Source: an uncultured Planctomycetaceae bacterium (GTDB lineage: Bacteria > Planctomycetota > Planctomycetia > Planctomycetales > Planctomycetaceae). From it: a stretch of 64,000 nt of DNA. Both the position numbers and the translations under genes were made by a program. Positions 35,750 to 47,753 of this stretch are shown here, piece by piece. Location: contig CAWFAK010000008.1 of assembly GCA_963813715.1 (NCBI GenBank), forward strand, positions 416,001-480,000. Reading direction: 5' to 3'. The notes beneath the pieces were generated by a model that saw only the letters and a program-made list of their open reading frames with translations, searched no databases and was not told where the DNA came from. The stretch's first letter is position 1. Each line of letters begins with the position of its first letter.

Positions 35750-38700
35750 ATGAGTGAACACACGGCGATGCTGGGTCTCGAAATTCATAACGGGGAACAA
35801 CCCGTCGAGACCCTGCGCATTTCCCGCCTGCAGCCGATCTGCATCGGGCGGCACGCCTCCAACGATATTTGCATCGACGACGAGGATGTGGCGCCGATTC
35901 ATTGCCGTGTCGCCTGGAACGGCGCGGACTTCGAGGTGGCCGCGGCCAATCGCGACGGCGTGGACGTCAACGGCACGCTGGTGCGGCACTCGGCCCTCAA
36001 GGCGGGCGACGTGATGCGGATCGGCCCGGCGGACCTGTTCGTGCGGAACAGCGAGGAACCGGAACCGGTGCTGCAGGCCGTCGCCGACGATTCGGCGCAG
36101 GACCTGTCGCTCCCAATGATTCCCGACCCCAAGTCGTCCGCCGCCAATCCGGCGATTGTCTCGGGCGAAGTGCCGCTGCGTCCGATGACCGAGGATGCCC
36201 TGCCGGTGCGCCAAGGTTGGGACCGTCGCGCTTTTAGCGGTGGCAAACCCTGGTCGGGAATGGGCGAGCGGCTCTCGCGCGAAGCGGCGAAAAAGCCGGA
36301 GCCGCCGGCTCCTGTGCCCGCCCCCATGCCGACGAGCGACGTCATCGGCGCGCTGCTCGAAGAAGACAAAGCCCCGGAAAGCGATGTGCCGCTGCCGCTT
36401 TCACCCCGGAGCGCGAAGCCGCGCCCGCTCGGTGCGCGACTCTCCGAACGTTTGGCGGCGAAGCGTGTGCGGCCCGGCGAGCAGGAAGCCCTGCGGTCGC
36501 CGATCATCCTCGGAATGCTCGGGTTCACGCTGGCGCTGGGGCTGGCGGCGGCGGCGATTTATTTCGTGATCGGCCGCGAATCGACCAAGCAGGAGTTCGA
36601 CGCCGCGTCGGCAGAATTCGACGCGCACCATTACGGCCAATCGTCCGAGATGTTCGAAAAGTTCATCGCCCGCCACAAAGGACACGCACTCGCGGCCGAT
36701 GCCCAATACAAGATGTGGGACGCCAATATCTTGAAGGAGATTGCCGGCAGCTCGCCGGCATGGAAGCGCGGACTGGACACGGTGGTGCAGTCGATCGACG
36801 CGAACCGCGATCGCAAGGATTTCCGCGATCACTTTTCGGCGCTCGCCGACTTCCTCACGCGGATTGCGCTGGGGGCCTCGGCAACGGCGCAAAGCACGTC
36901 CGACCGTAGCCAGCTCGACGTGTCGCAAGCCGCCGAAGCCATGCTGCCCCGTTATTTTCCGGATGGAAAAATCCCGCCCGAGTTGACGGTCAAGTTGAAA
37001 GTCGCCTACACGACCGCGCAGGAGGCAATCATCAAGCACGAGATCGTGTCCGCGGGCATCGCCGAGATTGAAAAGAACAACGCCGCGAAGCAGCCGATGG
37101 CGGCGCTCGCCGCCCGCCGCACGCTCTTGGACCGCTACCCCAACATGGCCTCCGAGCCGCGGTTTGCCGCGCAGCTCAAGCAGACGCTCGACGTCGAAAA
37201 GGGGCTCGTCGTCCGCGAAGAGCTCAATAAGCCGGCCCTGCCGCGCCAGCGCACGCCGCGGCGCGGATGCTCACGCTGACGCTGCACGCTCGCTCGCGGA
37301 CCGAAGAGCCGGCCGGCACGCGTCCCGTCTTTGTGCTGGCCAAGGACTGCTGCTACGCCGTCGACCACGTGACGGGCGAGCCGATCTGGCGGCGGTCGCT
37401 CGGCTTGGACACTCCCTTCTTTCCGGTCAAAGTCGAAACGGCCGTTCCCGGGCTGTTGGTGTTCAACTCCAACCGTCTGTCGCTGATGCTGCTCGATCGC
37501 AAGACAGGCGAGCCGATCTGGGAACAGCCGATCGACGAGGCCGTGTCGGGTGCGCCGCTTGTCGATCAGGGACAGATTTATCTGGCAACGGCCGGCCGAC
37601 ATCTCGACAAGATCGATCTGGAGACCGGCCGCTTGACCACGCGGCTCACGTTCTCGCAAAAAATTCTCGCGCCGCCGGCTCTGTCCCGCGACAAAGAGCG
37701 GCTGATCGTTGCGGGCGACGCCTCACTGATTTACACGCTCACTACGTCGCCGCTTTCGTGCATCCGCGTCACCGACATGAATCACGCGGCCGGGTCGCTC
37801 GTCAACGGCGTGACGGCGGTCGGCGGGCTGGTGCTGTTGACCGAGCCGGGGCGAACGTCGGGCACGCGTCTGCACGTCTTCGCCGCCCAGAGTGACGAAG
37901 CATGGCTCAAGCCGGTCGACGTGCAAACGGTAGAGGGGCAAGTCCGTGACGCTCCGGTGATCTACGGCAAAATGCTGTTCGTGTCCTCGGTGCCGGCGCG
38001 GATTACCGCCTTCACTGTCTCCGACACGCCCGGACAGGAAGTCGCTCACGCCGACGACGAGCGTCGTCATTCCCAATCAGCAAGACAGCCCGATCTTCCT
38101 CTCGCCCGGTCCCGATGGGCAGCTCTGGATGGCCGGCAGCTCGGTCCGCCAGCTACAGCTGAAGCTCAACTCGCAGACCTTTTCGCTCAACTCGGCCGAG
38201 ATCGCCGTCGGCATCAGTTCGCAGCCGCTGCAAGTGGTGGGGCAGTATCTGTACGCCGCCCGCCGCGTTCCCTATGCCGAGAGCGTGTTGTTTTCCGAAA
38301 TCGACCGCGAGCCGATGACGGGCCAATGGCGCACGGTGTTCGGGTCGTCGATCATCGGCTCCAGCGTGTTCCGCGGCGGCGAGATCGTGACCGTGGGTGA
38401 AGCGGGCGAAGTCTTCGCGACCGACCCGGGCGAGCTCGACGCGTCGGCATTCAAGTCGTCGGCCAGCTCCTTCATCAAGCCCGATCCGAAGACTGACCTG
38501 CCCCTGCGGGCGACGCGGCTCCACGATGGCCGTATTGCCGTCGACTCGGCGGGGCCCACGCCGACGGTCTGGTTCGTGGGGCCGGGCGGACAGATCTCTC
38601 ATTCGTTCCCATTGGAAAAACCGCTCGACGCGCCGCCGGTCGAGCTGTCGGCCGGACTCGTGCTGCCGTTGCCCGGTCGTTTGCGGCTCGTCAGTCCCAC

Positions 38701-39391
38701 AAGCGGGATGGCCGCGGCCGACGATCAGCTCGCGCCGGTCGAGGGGGGCAAGTCGGCCATCTGGAAGTCGGTCGCTCGCGTGTCGGACAACCAGCTGGTC
38801 GCGCTCGACAGCCGCGGCCGGCTCGCCGTCTCTCAATATCGCACGGATCCGGTCCGCAGCCTGGCCGAGGTCGTCTCCAAAACACTCGACAAACCGAGCG
38901 ACACCGGGCTGGCCGTCGTGGGATCGCGGATCGTCTACGCGACCGACGATGGGATGTTGCACTTCCTCGACGCGGCTACGCTTGAGCCGGTCGCCGCGCA
39001 CAAGTTGTCGTCCCCCGTCGTCGGGCGGCTGTGGAGTGTCGGCACGACGGTGTTGGCCGAAACGCGCGACCATGAGCTGACCGCCTACGAAACGAGCGGA
39101 ACGCCCAAGCTGCTGTTTGTGGCGGCGCTCGGCGAGTCGGGATCTTCCGGTCCTCCGGCACTATTGGGCGGCCGGCTGATCGTCGCCGAACGCGACGGCA
39201 CCGTCGTGAGCCTCGATCCCGCGAAGGGAACCGTGATCTCTCGCGTCGCACTCGAGCAGCCGCTCGCCGGCGGCGTGCTGGACGTCAACGGTCACCCGGT
39301 CGTCACCACGATCGACGGCAGCTTGTGCCGCGTCGATTCCGTGCTCGAAGCCACGAAGTCAGGACTCGAGTCGCCGAAGAAGGGACCATGA
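35750..39391 (+). CDS. FHA-domain, single-TM, TPR-like and PQQ/BamB-like beta-propeller protein (frameshifts near 37250 and 38040)
   Basis: FHA motif IGRHASNDICI...VAPIHCRV...VNGTLV...LKAGDVMRIG; one TM helix; propeller repeats YAVDHVTGEPIW, LLDRKTGEPIW, IDLETG and LDPAKG. Confidence 0.75.
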
Positions 39392-42090
39392 AGCACTCGC
39401 GTGGCTGGTTTCGGTTCTCGCGCGCTCGCTGCTCCCCGATTGTGGCGGCACTGGTGGCCGCCGCGCTCGATTCTGGGCGGATTGACGCGCCCTTCGGCCC
39501 GCGCCTTCCAGGATGACGAACCGCAGCCCGGTGCGCAGGGCGACAAAATCGGGCCGTCCACCGAAGGCCGCCAAGCCGCCGAAGACGAAAGAAAAGCCAC
39601 CGAAAGAAGAAGTCAAGCGGACCGCCAAGAAAGACGCGGAGCCCGAGGACGACGATTCCAGCGACGATTCGAAGAAGCTCGGGGACCTGAAGAAACAGCA
39701 AAAGTTTCCCCGCCTCGCGGAGATGGCCGTTCCGACGGTCGCGCAGTTGAACCAGCGGCCCGTCGACTGGCTGGTGCTCGACTCGTTGAACAAGGGCAAC
39801 CCGGAAGTGCTGGCCGTCAAGCAGGTCTACCCGCGTCCCGACACGTTGCAAAAGATGGCCGACGAACTCGCCACCCTGCGCAAACGTCCGCGTCCGGCGA
39901 CAACTGAAGAGCGCGAGAAGCTCGACGCGCAAAAGGCCGACCTGCAAAAACTCATGATCGCGCTGCCGAACGACACGGCGGGGCAGCTCTACGAGATCCC
40001 CACGAACAAGATCGATCGCATTATTTATCACGAAGACCTGATCATTCGGCGGGCCGGTCTGTTGGCCGATCAGAACAGATTTCGCGACGCGCTCGAGCTC
40101 CTCTACCCACTCGAACGAACGGTGCCGCGTTGGAAGGGACTCAAGGAAGAGGCGCGTCGCATGCTGTTGCGGGAGGCCCGCTCGTCGATCCAGAGCGGCG
40201 ATTATCTGGGGGCCTGGATGTCGCTGACGGAACTGCGAGGCCGCGACCGCGGCTATTCCGGGCTGCAAACGGCGCTGGGGGACACCACCGACAAACTGAT
40301 CGAATCGGCCCGCCAGTCGCACGACGATCGGCGGGCCCGCCACTTTCTCGGCCAACTCGCGCGGATTGAGCCGCAACACGAGACGGTTGCGAAGTGGAAC
40401 CGCTTCCTGCACGACGAAACGCAAAACTTGATCAACACCGCGCTCGAGGCGGAGCGCGGCGGACATTACGCCGTCGCAGCGGAAAAAATCGATCGCGCCG
40501 CACACATCTGGCCGACAGTCCTCGGCTTGACCGAGGCGCATTGCGCGATCTGCGAGCGCTATCAGCGGCTGTCGGTTGGCACGATGAACCTGGCCGGCGA
40601 TTCGGCCGGATTGCCTTATTCGACGTTGTCCGACCAGCGGGCCACCCGGCTCTCCCAATTCGACTTGTTCGAGGTCGACCGCGTCGACGATGCCACCCAT
40701 TACCGCAGCCGTCTGCTCGAGCAGTGGGAGCCGACCGATCTGGGACGGCGGGCATTTTTCGCGCTGCGGCGAACACGGGCCCGCTGGGAATCGCGGCCCA
40801 ACCTGACGGCTGTTTCGGTCATGTCCACGCTCCGCGCGTTCATCGATCCGGCCAGTCCCGCGTACGACGAACGCTTCGCCAGTTACGTCGACGGCGTGCA
40901 GCTGCGTTCGCCGCTGGAGCTGGAGATTCGCTTTTCGCATGCGCCGCCGCGGCTGGAGCCGCTGTTTCGTTTTCCGATTTACGCGCCCGGCGGGTCGGCC
41001 GCAATTGGAGGCGCGTCGAACGGCAGTGCGGGACATTCGGGACTCGGTCCCGTGTTGACTCGACGGTTTGAGCACTCGCGCCCGTCGCCGGATGAAGCCG
41101 TCTTTCGCCGCGTCTACCCGCAGCCGGACGGCTTGGATCAATACCAGGTCGCCGAGGTGGACGAGCGCCGCTACGATTCGCCGCAGCACGAGATTCAGGC
41201 CCTGATGCGGGGCGATATTTCGATGTTGATCGATCTGCCCCCCTGGGCCTTCGAGCCGATCCGCAAGGACACGCACTTTTTCTTCCTCGACTACGCGATT
41301 CCGACCACGCACGTGCTGCAGCTCAATCCGCAAAGCGTGCCGCTCAAGAGTCGCGAGCTGCGCTTGGCCCTTTCGTACGCCGTCGACGCTCAGCGAATTT
41401 TGTCGCAGCGAATCCTTCGCGATCCCGAATCCAAGGCGGGGCGGCTGACCACGGCGCCCTATGCCACGACGAGCTACGCCTACAACGGCCTGCTGCCGCG
41501 GCGCGAGTTCAGCACGGGCATGGCATTCGGCCTGCACGCGGCCGCGGTCAAGCGACTGACCACCATTCCGCGGCTGAAACTCCTGTGCGAACGCGATCCC
41601 GAGACCCAGTCGGCCGCCGAAGAGATCGTCGCGCAGTGGAAACGAGTCGGCATCGATGCCGAGCTGGTGTCGCCTCCGGCTGCGACAAATTCGGCGAAAG
41701 CAAATGCTGCGGCCGACCGCGCACGCGCCACTCCAGTGGGATCTCGCCTATCGCAAGCTGCGGATGGAGGAGCCGCTGACCGAGATATGGCCGTTCCTCA
41801 CTCTCGGCTCGGGAGCGCGGTTGGAGAGCATGCGGACCGTGCCCGACTGGTTGAGGCTCGAGCTGTTGGATCTCGACGGCGCCCCGGATTGGAAATCAGT
41901 CGTCAATCGCCTGCAGACGCTGCAGAGCCATCTCTATGCCGAGGTGGCCTACATCCCGCTCTTCGAAGTCGACAACACCATCGTGCTCCGCAAGAACGTG
42001 CACGATTTTCCGGCTTACAAGTTCGTCAACTGCTACCAGGACGTCGAACGCTGGATCGTGCAGTCCTGGATTCCGGAGGATGAGCCATGA
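39388..42090 (+). CDS. Exported protein with a helical/TPR-like N-terminal half and an ABC solute-binding family 5-like C-terminal half (frameshifts near 39510 and 41730)
   Basis: ATGA overlaps at both ends. ALMRGDISML, LNPQSVPLKSRELRLALSYAVD, AEEIVAQWKRVGIDAEL and LYAEVAYIPLF motifs resemble the SBP_bac_5 family. Confidence 0.7.
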
Positions 42091-43805
42091 AGGCCGGGCA
42101 CACGCGGTCTCTTTGGCTGTTGATCTCCGTGACGTTGATCTCCGCCTCTTTGATCGGTCCGGCCCGGGCGGCCGAGTCGGCGCCGCTGGGACGTGTCGAC
42201 TATTTGCCCTACCAAGTCTCGGTCTTTGTCGGCTTTGCCCCGGACGTCGAGTCGACGGGCATCTTTCGGCAATCGGTCTGTGCGACGCTGCGAACGCGGC
42301 TGGAACAAACGTTCGGTGCGACCTGGATCCTTTCAGCCGGCGCGGACGTTGTGATCGACACTCGGCTGACGCCCGCCGACGCGTCCGGACTCGAGCGGAT
42401 GAGTTACGCGTCGGCAGCCGCACGCCTGGCGAACGTGGCGTGCGATAAGGCGTACTTTCTGTCGGTCAGCCGCCATGGGACGCAGTGGCAGGTCGCCGGC
42501 CGCGAATGGGACCGGACCCTGCAAACGCTGGGGGCGATCGCTTTGGAACAAACCGACGAACGGCGACGCGTGCCGGATACGGCGCTCGCCGTCGTCATGC
42601 GGCTCTTTTCTCCGCTGTTGATCATCAATGATGCGGACCGCGACTCGAAATCGGCACTGCTGACGGTTCGGGCGGGATCGATTCCGTTTGGCGATCCGAA
42701 GTTCGCGCCTCTCAAGCCGGGCGACATTCTCGAACCCGTGTTTCGCTTCTTCGACTCGAAACGCAACCTCCGCGGCATTCAGTCGGTTCCCTGGACGTAT
42801 CTGGTGCTGAGCGCAGATGCGATCGAGCACGGCCAGGTGAAGGCGACGGTCGTCAGCTCGTACCGCGCGCCGCTTGCGGCCAACATGCGCCGTCGCGTCG
42901 AAGCCGTCGCGTTCAAAGTCCGCCGCGACTTTTCGTCGACGCGCCTGAAGATCGTCGCCGGCCGCGAGCCGGCCCGCCCGCAGGGTGGGTTGTTTGTTAC
43001 CGTCGGCGAGCTGCCGCCCGATCGGCCTGCCCCACCACCCGCTGCCGCGGCGAACGCCGAAAAGAAAGAGGAGACCCCGTCGGCCCCCGCCGACAAAAAG
43101 GAGGGGGAAGCGCCGCCGCCCGGCCCGCCGGTGCTGCGGCTGTTGTCCGATCGGTGGGGCGAGGTGACGATCCCCGTCGATCCCCAACATGCGATCGTGC
43201 GCGTCGAAGTGCATAGCGGCACGGCCATCCTAGCTCGGCGTCCGTTCGTGCCGGGGCTCGAAGCTGAAGCGATTCTGCAGGTGCCCGACGACCACGTGCG
43301 GCTGGGAGCCGAGCGGGAGATCGACATTCTGGAAAGTCAGCTGATCGAGACGGTGGCCCGCCGCGGGGCAGCCCTCGCGAAGACGCGGGCCGCCATCAGC
43401 CACAGCGACCCTGTTGCCGCCCAGAAAACGCTGGCGGACGTCGAGCGATTGCCCGTGGCCGACAATTATTTCGCGCAGCTCAACGAGATCCGCGTGCTGG
43501 CGTTGGAAGAGGCGCACAATCGCAAGGATCGCGTGGCCGAGCGGCGGATCGAGGATTTGTGCGCGAAGACGCTCCAGCGGATCACGCAGTACCTTCCCGA
43601 CGATCGCCTCGCCGTTTTCAAGGAAGAAGTGGCCAATCTGGTGAAGTCGAAAGCCGTCCAGGCCGCGGAGGCGCAGTCGCCGCTCCGCCGCAAAGACGCG
43701 CCCGCTCCCCCGACCGACGTGGCGCCGCTGCGCCGGGGAGCGCCGAAAAAGACGCCGCTCAAGCGGGGAACGCACGAAGGCGGAGCGCAGCCGGCTGGCA
43801 TCTGA
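42087..43805 (+). CDS. Hypothetical exported protein
   Basis: Signal peptide ending ARA-AE; 572-aa ORF translationally coupled to the upstream gene. Confidence 0.75.
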   Translation: MKAGHTRSLWLLISVTLISASLIGPARAAESAPLGRVDYLPYQVSVFVGFAPDVESTGIFRQSVCATLRTRLEQTFGATWILSAGADVVIDTRLTPADASGLERMSYASAAARLANVACDKAYFLSVSRHGTQWQVAGREWDRTLQTLGAIALEQTDERRRVPDTALAVVMRLFSPLLIINDADRDSKSALLTVRAGSIPFGDPKFAPLKPGDILEPVFRFFDSKRNLRGIQSVPWTYLVLSADAIEHGQVKATVVSSYRAPLAANMRRRVEAVAFKVRRDFSSTRLKIVAGREPARPQGGLFVTVGELPPDRPAPPPAAAANAEKKEETPSAPADKKEGEAPPPGPPVLRLLSDRWGEVTIPVDPQHAIVRVEVHSGTAILARRPFVPGLEAEAILQVPDDHVRLGAEREIDILESQLIETVARRGAALAKTRAAISHSDPVAAQKTLADVERLPVADNYFAQLNEIRVLALEEAHNRKDRVAERRIEDLCAKTLQRITQYLPDDRLAVFKEEVANLVKSKAVQAAEAQSPLRRKDAPAPPTDVAPLRRGAPKKTPLKRGTHEGGAQPAGI

Positions 43806-43864
43806 TCGCACCCTGACGAGCCGTCACCGCGAGCGCAAAGCGAGCACGATCGCACGGCAGGAGG

Positions 43865-44675
43865 TCACAGTGACCGCGGCGGGCGCTCGAATGGCTTGCG
43901 GCCGGTCACGGAATGTCGCAGCTCGCGAAACACCAGTCCGGGCAAGGCCAGCCCATCTCGCAGATAGCGACCCGACAGTCGCCGCGGCTCGAGCGCAACG
44001 CGGTGCACCCATTCCAAGCCGCAGCGCCGCATCCAATGGGGAGCGCGCGACTTTTCTCCGGCGAGAAAATCGATCGTGGCGCCGACGCAGAGAGCGACCT
44101 TCGCGCGAATTCGGTCCGCTATGCCGGTGTACCCATAGCTCCTGCTTGGGCGCCCCCAGGCCGACGATCAACACGTCGGGCTGCGCGGCCTCGATCTGGG
44201 CGAGGATGCGGGTGTTTTCGGCGTCGTCGTGCTCAAAGCCCTGCGGCGGACTGTCGCGTCCGACCACGCGGACGCCCGGCCAGCGAGTTTCGACGGCGCG
44301 GGTGGCCCGCTCGTTGACTTCGGGACGCGCTCCCAGCAGGTAAACGCCGATCGGCGCGCCGATTTGCGAACGATCGAACAGCCGCGGCACCAGGTCGCTG
44401 CCCGCCACGCGTTCGGGCAAGCGGCGGCCGAACACCCGGCTAAAGAGCACGATCGGCGCCCCGTCGGCGAGCACAAAGTCCGCGTCGGCATAGACCCGGG
44501 CGAACTCTTCGTGCCGCTGCAAGAGCACGGCATGATTGACGTTCGGCGTGACGACGTAGCGGCAGCGGCCGTTGCTCGGCGCGGCGATCCAGCCACAGAA
44601 TTCGTCGATCGCCTCGCTCATCCGGCACGGGTGGAGGTTGATGCCAAAAAGCTCAACCGGTTCGGGTAATGCCAT
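43865..44675 (-). CDS. WecB/TagA/CpsF family glycosyltransferase (frameshift near 44120)
   Basis: VVTPNVNH, LADGAPIV, ERVAGSDL, VGLGAPKQE; the next frame reads CVGATIDFLAGEKSRAPHWMRRCGLEW to a TGA at 43865. Confidence 0.9.
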
Positions 44676-44756
44676 GAAAGTTTTGCGCGTGTAATCGCCC
44701 GCGTCTTTTCAGCCCGTCCCGCGCCCGCTAAACTCGGCAAGACTATTGAAGCCACC

Positions 44757-45308
44757 GTGAGTTTGCAAGCTGCGATGACAGACGGCGCCGAGTTAACAGC
44801 GTCGACCCGCGCGATTTCCGCCACCGTTCCGGACTGGTCGCGCGAGCAGGTTCGCAGTTTTTACGATCCGCCGCGCAAACTGCTCCATCACTTGCGCGCT
44901 TATCAGCAGTGCCGGGCCGGCCGCGGACTTTTTCGCCGGCTCAAATCCCGCTGGCACGTGCTCTGGTTTCGCGCCTGGAGCGCGATCTCTGGTGCGGAAA
45001 TCGATCTCAAAGTGCAAATCGGCGGCGGCCTCTTGCTCCCGCATCCCAACGGAATTGTGGTCTTTCCGGACGTGGTGATCGGCCCCAACTGCTTGATCTT
45101 CCAACAGGTGACGCTGGGAATCGGCGGGCGAGTGCCGGGCTGCCCCGTACTGGGCGGCCATGTCGACGTGGGAGCCGGCGCCAAGATTTTGGGGGGCGTG
45201 ACCATCGGCGATCACGCCAGAATCGGTGCCAACGCCGTCGTGCTCGATGACGTTCCCAGCGGGGCGACGGCCGTCGGGGTTCCGGCCCGAATCGTTTTTT
45301 CCAATTGA
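44757..45308 (+). CDS. Hexapeptide-repeat O-acetyltransferase (serine acetyltransferase-like, probably polysaccharide-modifying)
   Basis: IGGGLLLPHPNGIVV, IGPNCLIFQQVTLG and GAGAKILGGVTIGDHARIGANAVVLDDVP...VGVPAR motifs. Confidence 0.88.
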   Translation: MSLQAAMTDGAELTASTRAISATVPDWSREQVRSFYDPPRKLLHHLRAYQQCRAGRGLFRRLKSRWHVLWFRAWSAISGAEIDLKVQIGGGLLLPHPNGIVVFPDVVIGPNCLIFQQVTLGIGGRVPGCPVLGGHVDVGAGAKILGGVTIGDHARIGANAVVLDDVPSGATAVGVPARIVFSN

Positions 45309-45319
45309 ATGATCGGCCG

Positions 45320-46625
45320 ATGCGCGTCGCCTACCTGATCAACCAGTACCCGAAGGTGAGCCACTCTTTCATCCGTCGCGAGATCCGCGCGCTCGAGACG
45401 CTGGGACTGCAAATCGACCGGATTTCACTCCGCCGCTGTGGCGACGAACTCGGTCGATGCCGACGATCGGCTCGAGAACGAGCGCACGCACGTCGTGCTG
45501 TCGGGCGGAGTCGGCGCGCTGTTGCTCGGATTGGTTTGGTGCCTGGCGACGCGACCGCGCGCGATTTGGGAAAGCGGTGCGGCTTGACATGGCAACTGGC
45601 CCGCCGCGTCCCGCGGGCTTGGAAGCACGCAGCCTATCTGGCGGAGGCGGCCGCACTTGCGCAGAAGTATCGCGCCGCCGGCCCCGATCACGTCCACGCA
45701 CACTTTGGAACCAACTCGGCCACAGTCGCCCTGCTGTGGAGCGAGCTGTCCGGTATCCCCTTCAGCTTTACCGTGCATGGTCCCGAGGAGTTCGACCGTC
45801 CCGAGAGCCTGGGCCTCGATCTCAAAATCGCCCGGGCGCGATTCGTCGTCGGCGTGAGCCACTTCGGCGTCAGCCAATTGATGCGCTGGTGCCCGAACGA
45901 CCAGTGGACCAAACTGCACGTCGTTCACTGCGGCGTCGACGACCGTTTTCTCGATCCGAAGGCCTCGTCACCCGTGCCCGACGTCCGGCGGCTCGTCTGC
46001 GTCGGCCGCTTGTGCGAGCAAAAAGGGCACGGCCTCTTGGTCGAGGCTGCCGCGCGACTGGCGGAAGAGGGCGAGTTGTTCGATCTGGTCCTCGTCGGCG
46101 ACGGTCCGTTGCGCCCGCAAATCGAGCAGCTCGCGGCCGAGCGCGGCATTCAATCGCGGCTGCGGATCACCGGCTGGAAGAGCGGAGCGGAGGTCACGCG
46201 GGAGATTGTCGCAGCGCGGGCTCTCGTGCTGCCGAGCTTCGCCGAGGGGCTGCCGGTGGTGTTGATGGAAGCGCTCGCGCTGAAGCGGCCCGTGATTTCG
46301 ACGTATATCGCCGGAATTCCCGAACTCGTTACTCCGGGTCTCTGCGGCTGGTTGGTGCCGGCCGGTTCCGTCGACGCTCTCTGCGAAGCGATCCGCGCCG
46401 CGCTGCACACCCCGACGGAGAGACTTGAAGCGATGGGGGAAATGGGAGCTTTGCGCGTGCGGCAGCAACATTCGGCTTTGGGTGAAGCCGAAAAACTTTG
46501 CGATCTGTTTTCAGGCGGGCAGGACGACTGGAAATCTCTCGCGAATTTCCCAAGACGAAACATTACGCAGTCTCAATGGGCCACAAGGTCTGCGCAACAG
46601 GAAGAATTTAACAACAGGGAATTGA
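45320..46625 (+). CDS. Glycosyltransferase family 4 (WcaL-like); indels near 45450-45570; 3' end uncertain
   Basis: MRVAYLINQYPKVSHSFIRREI, HVHAHFGTNS, VGRLCEQKG and PSFAEGLPVVLMEA (EX7E) motifs. Confidence 0.88.
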
Positions 46626-46704
46626 CAGTCATTTCGAAACCGGTAGGATGGCACAGTCATTCTTCAACGGCAGGGACGCCACACCACGGTTCGAGGGAGT
46701 GGAC

Positions 46705-47418
46705 ATGCACCACATACTGCGACGGATCGTTCCCAGTATTGCCATCGGGCTGCTGGTCTTGGCCGCTCCGGCGGCTCACGCCGGCTTCATCGCCTCGACC
46801 ACTGGTGCGGTGAACGTCATCGCTGCGCCCCCTTCTGCACTGCCTGGGGCACTGCTTTCCAACAACTACCAGGCTTGGGATGAGTCGAGCGGCACGATCT
46901 CGACTCCCGTGCAGGTCAACATGCTGGGGCAGCCCGGCTCGTACGACGGCTTGTCGAACTTCGCGCCGCTGAGCGGCACGTTGGCGAACGGCACGAAGTA
47001 CGACTCGGTCATGGTCCAACTGGATCCGAAGACGACCTTTCCTGCCCAAAGCCCCATCGCTTCGATCACGTTCACGGGCAAGATCATCGGTCTAGCGCTC
47101 TTTGGACCGTCGCTGAATGCCAGCGACATCTATGGAAGTCCCACGACCGTCTATCCGAGCAGTCTCCCGCCGATCGGCACGCAGAGCCGTGGCATTAACA
47201 TGACGCACAACGATCGGTTTTCCATTTCGAGCAACGGCCTGACCCTCGGCCTGCAGCTGACGGCGGGCTTCGGCGCCTATGAAGAGATTCGGGTCTTCGT
47301 GGCGCCGGCTGTGACGAGCGTTCCGGAACCGGCCTCATTGGCACTGTGGTCGGGGCTCGGTTTGCTCGTCGTTTTGAAGAGAAGGTCGCTGCTGGGCAAG
47401 CGACTGGCTTCCGTGTGA
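46705..47418 (+). CDS. PEP-CTERM sorting domain protein 1
   Basis: Signal peptide ending AHA; C-terminal VPEPASLALWSGLGLLVVLKRR (PEP motif, TM helix, basic tail). Confidence 0.92.
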   Translation: MHHILRRIVPSIAIGLLVLAAPAAHAGFIASTTGAVNVIAAPPSALPGALLSNNYQAWDESSGTISTPVQVNMLGQPGSYDGLSNFAPLSGTLANGTKYDSVMVQLDPKTTFPAQSPIASITFTGKIIGLALFGPSLNASDIYGSPTTVYPSSLPPIGTQSRGINMTHNDRFSISSNGLTLGLQLTAGFGAYEEIRVFVAPAVTSVPEPASLALWSGLGLLVVLKRRSLLGKRLASV

Positions 47419-47539
47419 ACTCGCCCTTCCGCGGAGCTTTCTAGCGACTCCGGGCAATGAATGTTTCAGTGGTCTGGCCCTCGCACTTATCCGAAAAAAT
47501 CGACTTGGAGAATTTGGCAGAATTTGAGGATGGGGGGGC

Positions 47540-47568
47540 TTGACGAATGGCCAGTAAGCCTTTATCGT
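47540..47568 (+). promoter_or_regulatory. Sigma70-type promoter upstream of PEP-CTERM protein 2
   Basis: TTGACG (47540-47545), 17-bp spacer, TATCGT (47563-47568). Confidence 0.55.
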
Positions 47569-47753
47569 GATCGCGGGTCATGACCACGCCGGCTGAGCCG
47601 GTGTGGATTGGATGTCTCGATTCGGGTCAATGAGGCACTCCGAAGTTATCATCCGACGCCTTTGAGTATGGTCCCGCCTACGGGGACACCTGACAGGAAG
47701 CGGGCGATCACTCATTCTGACGAAAACAATCGACTCATAATGGGGAAGGATCT

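Noticed and set aside
46520..46813. Extension of the GT4 ORF overlapping PEP-CTERM gene 1
   Set aside because: The tail is not GT-like and most likely reflects an indel near the true stop.
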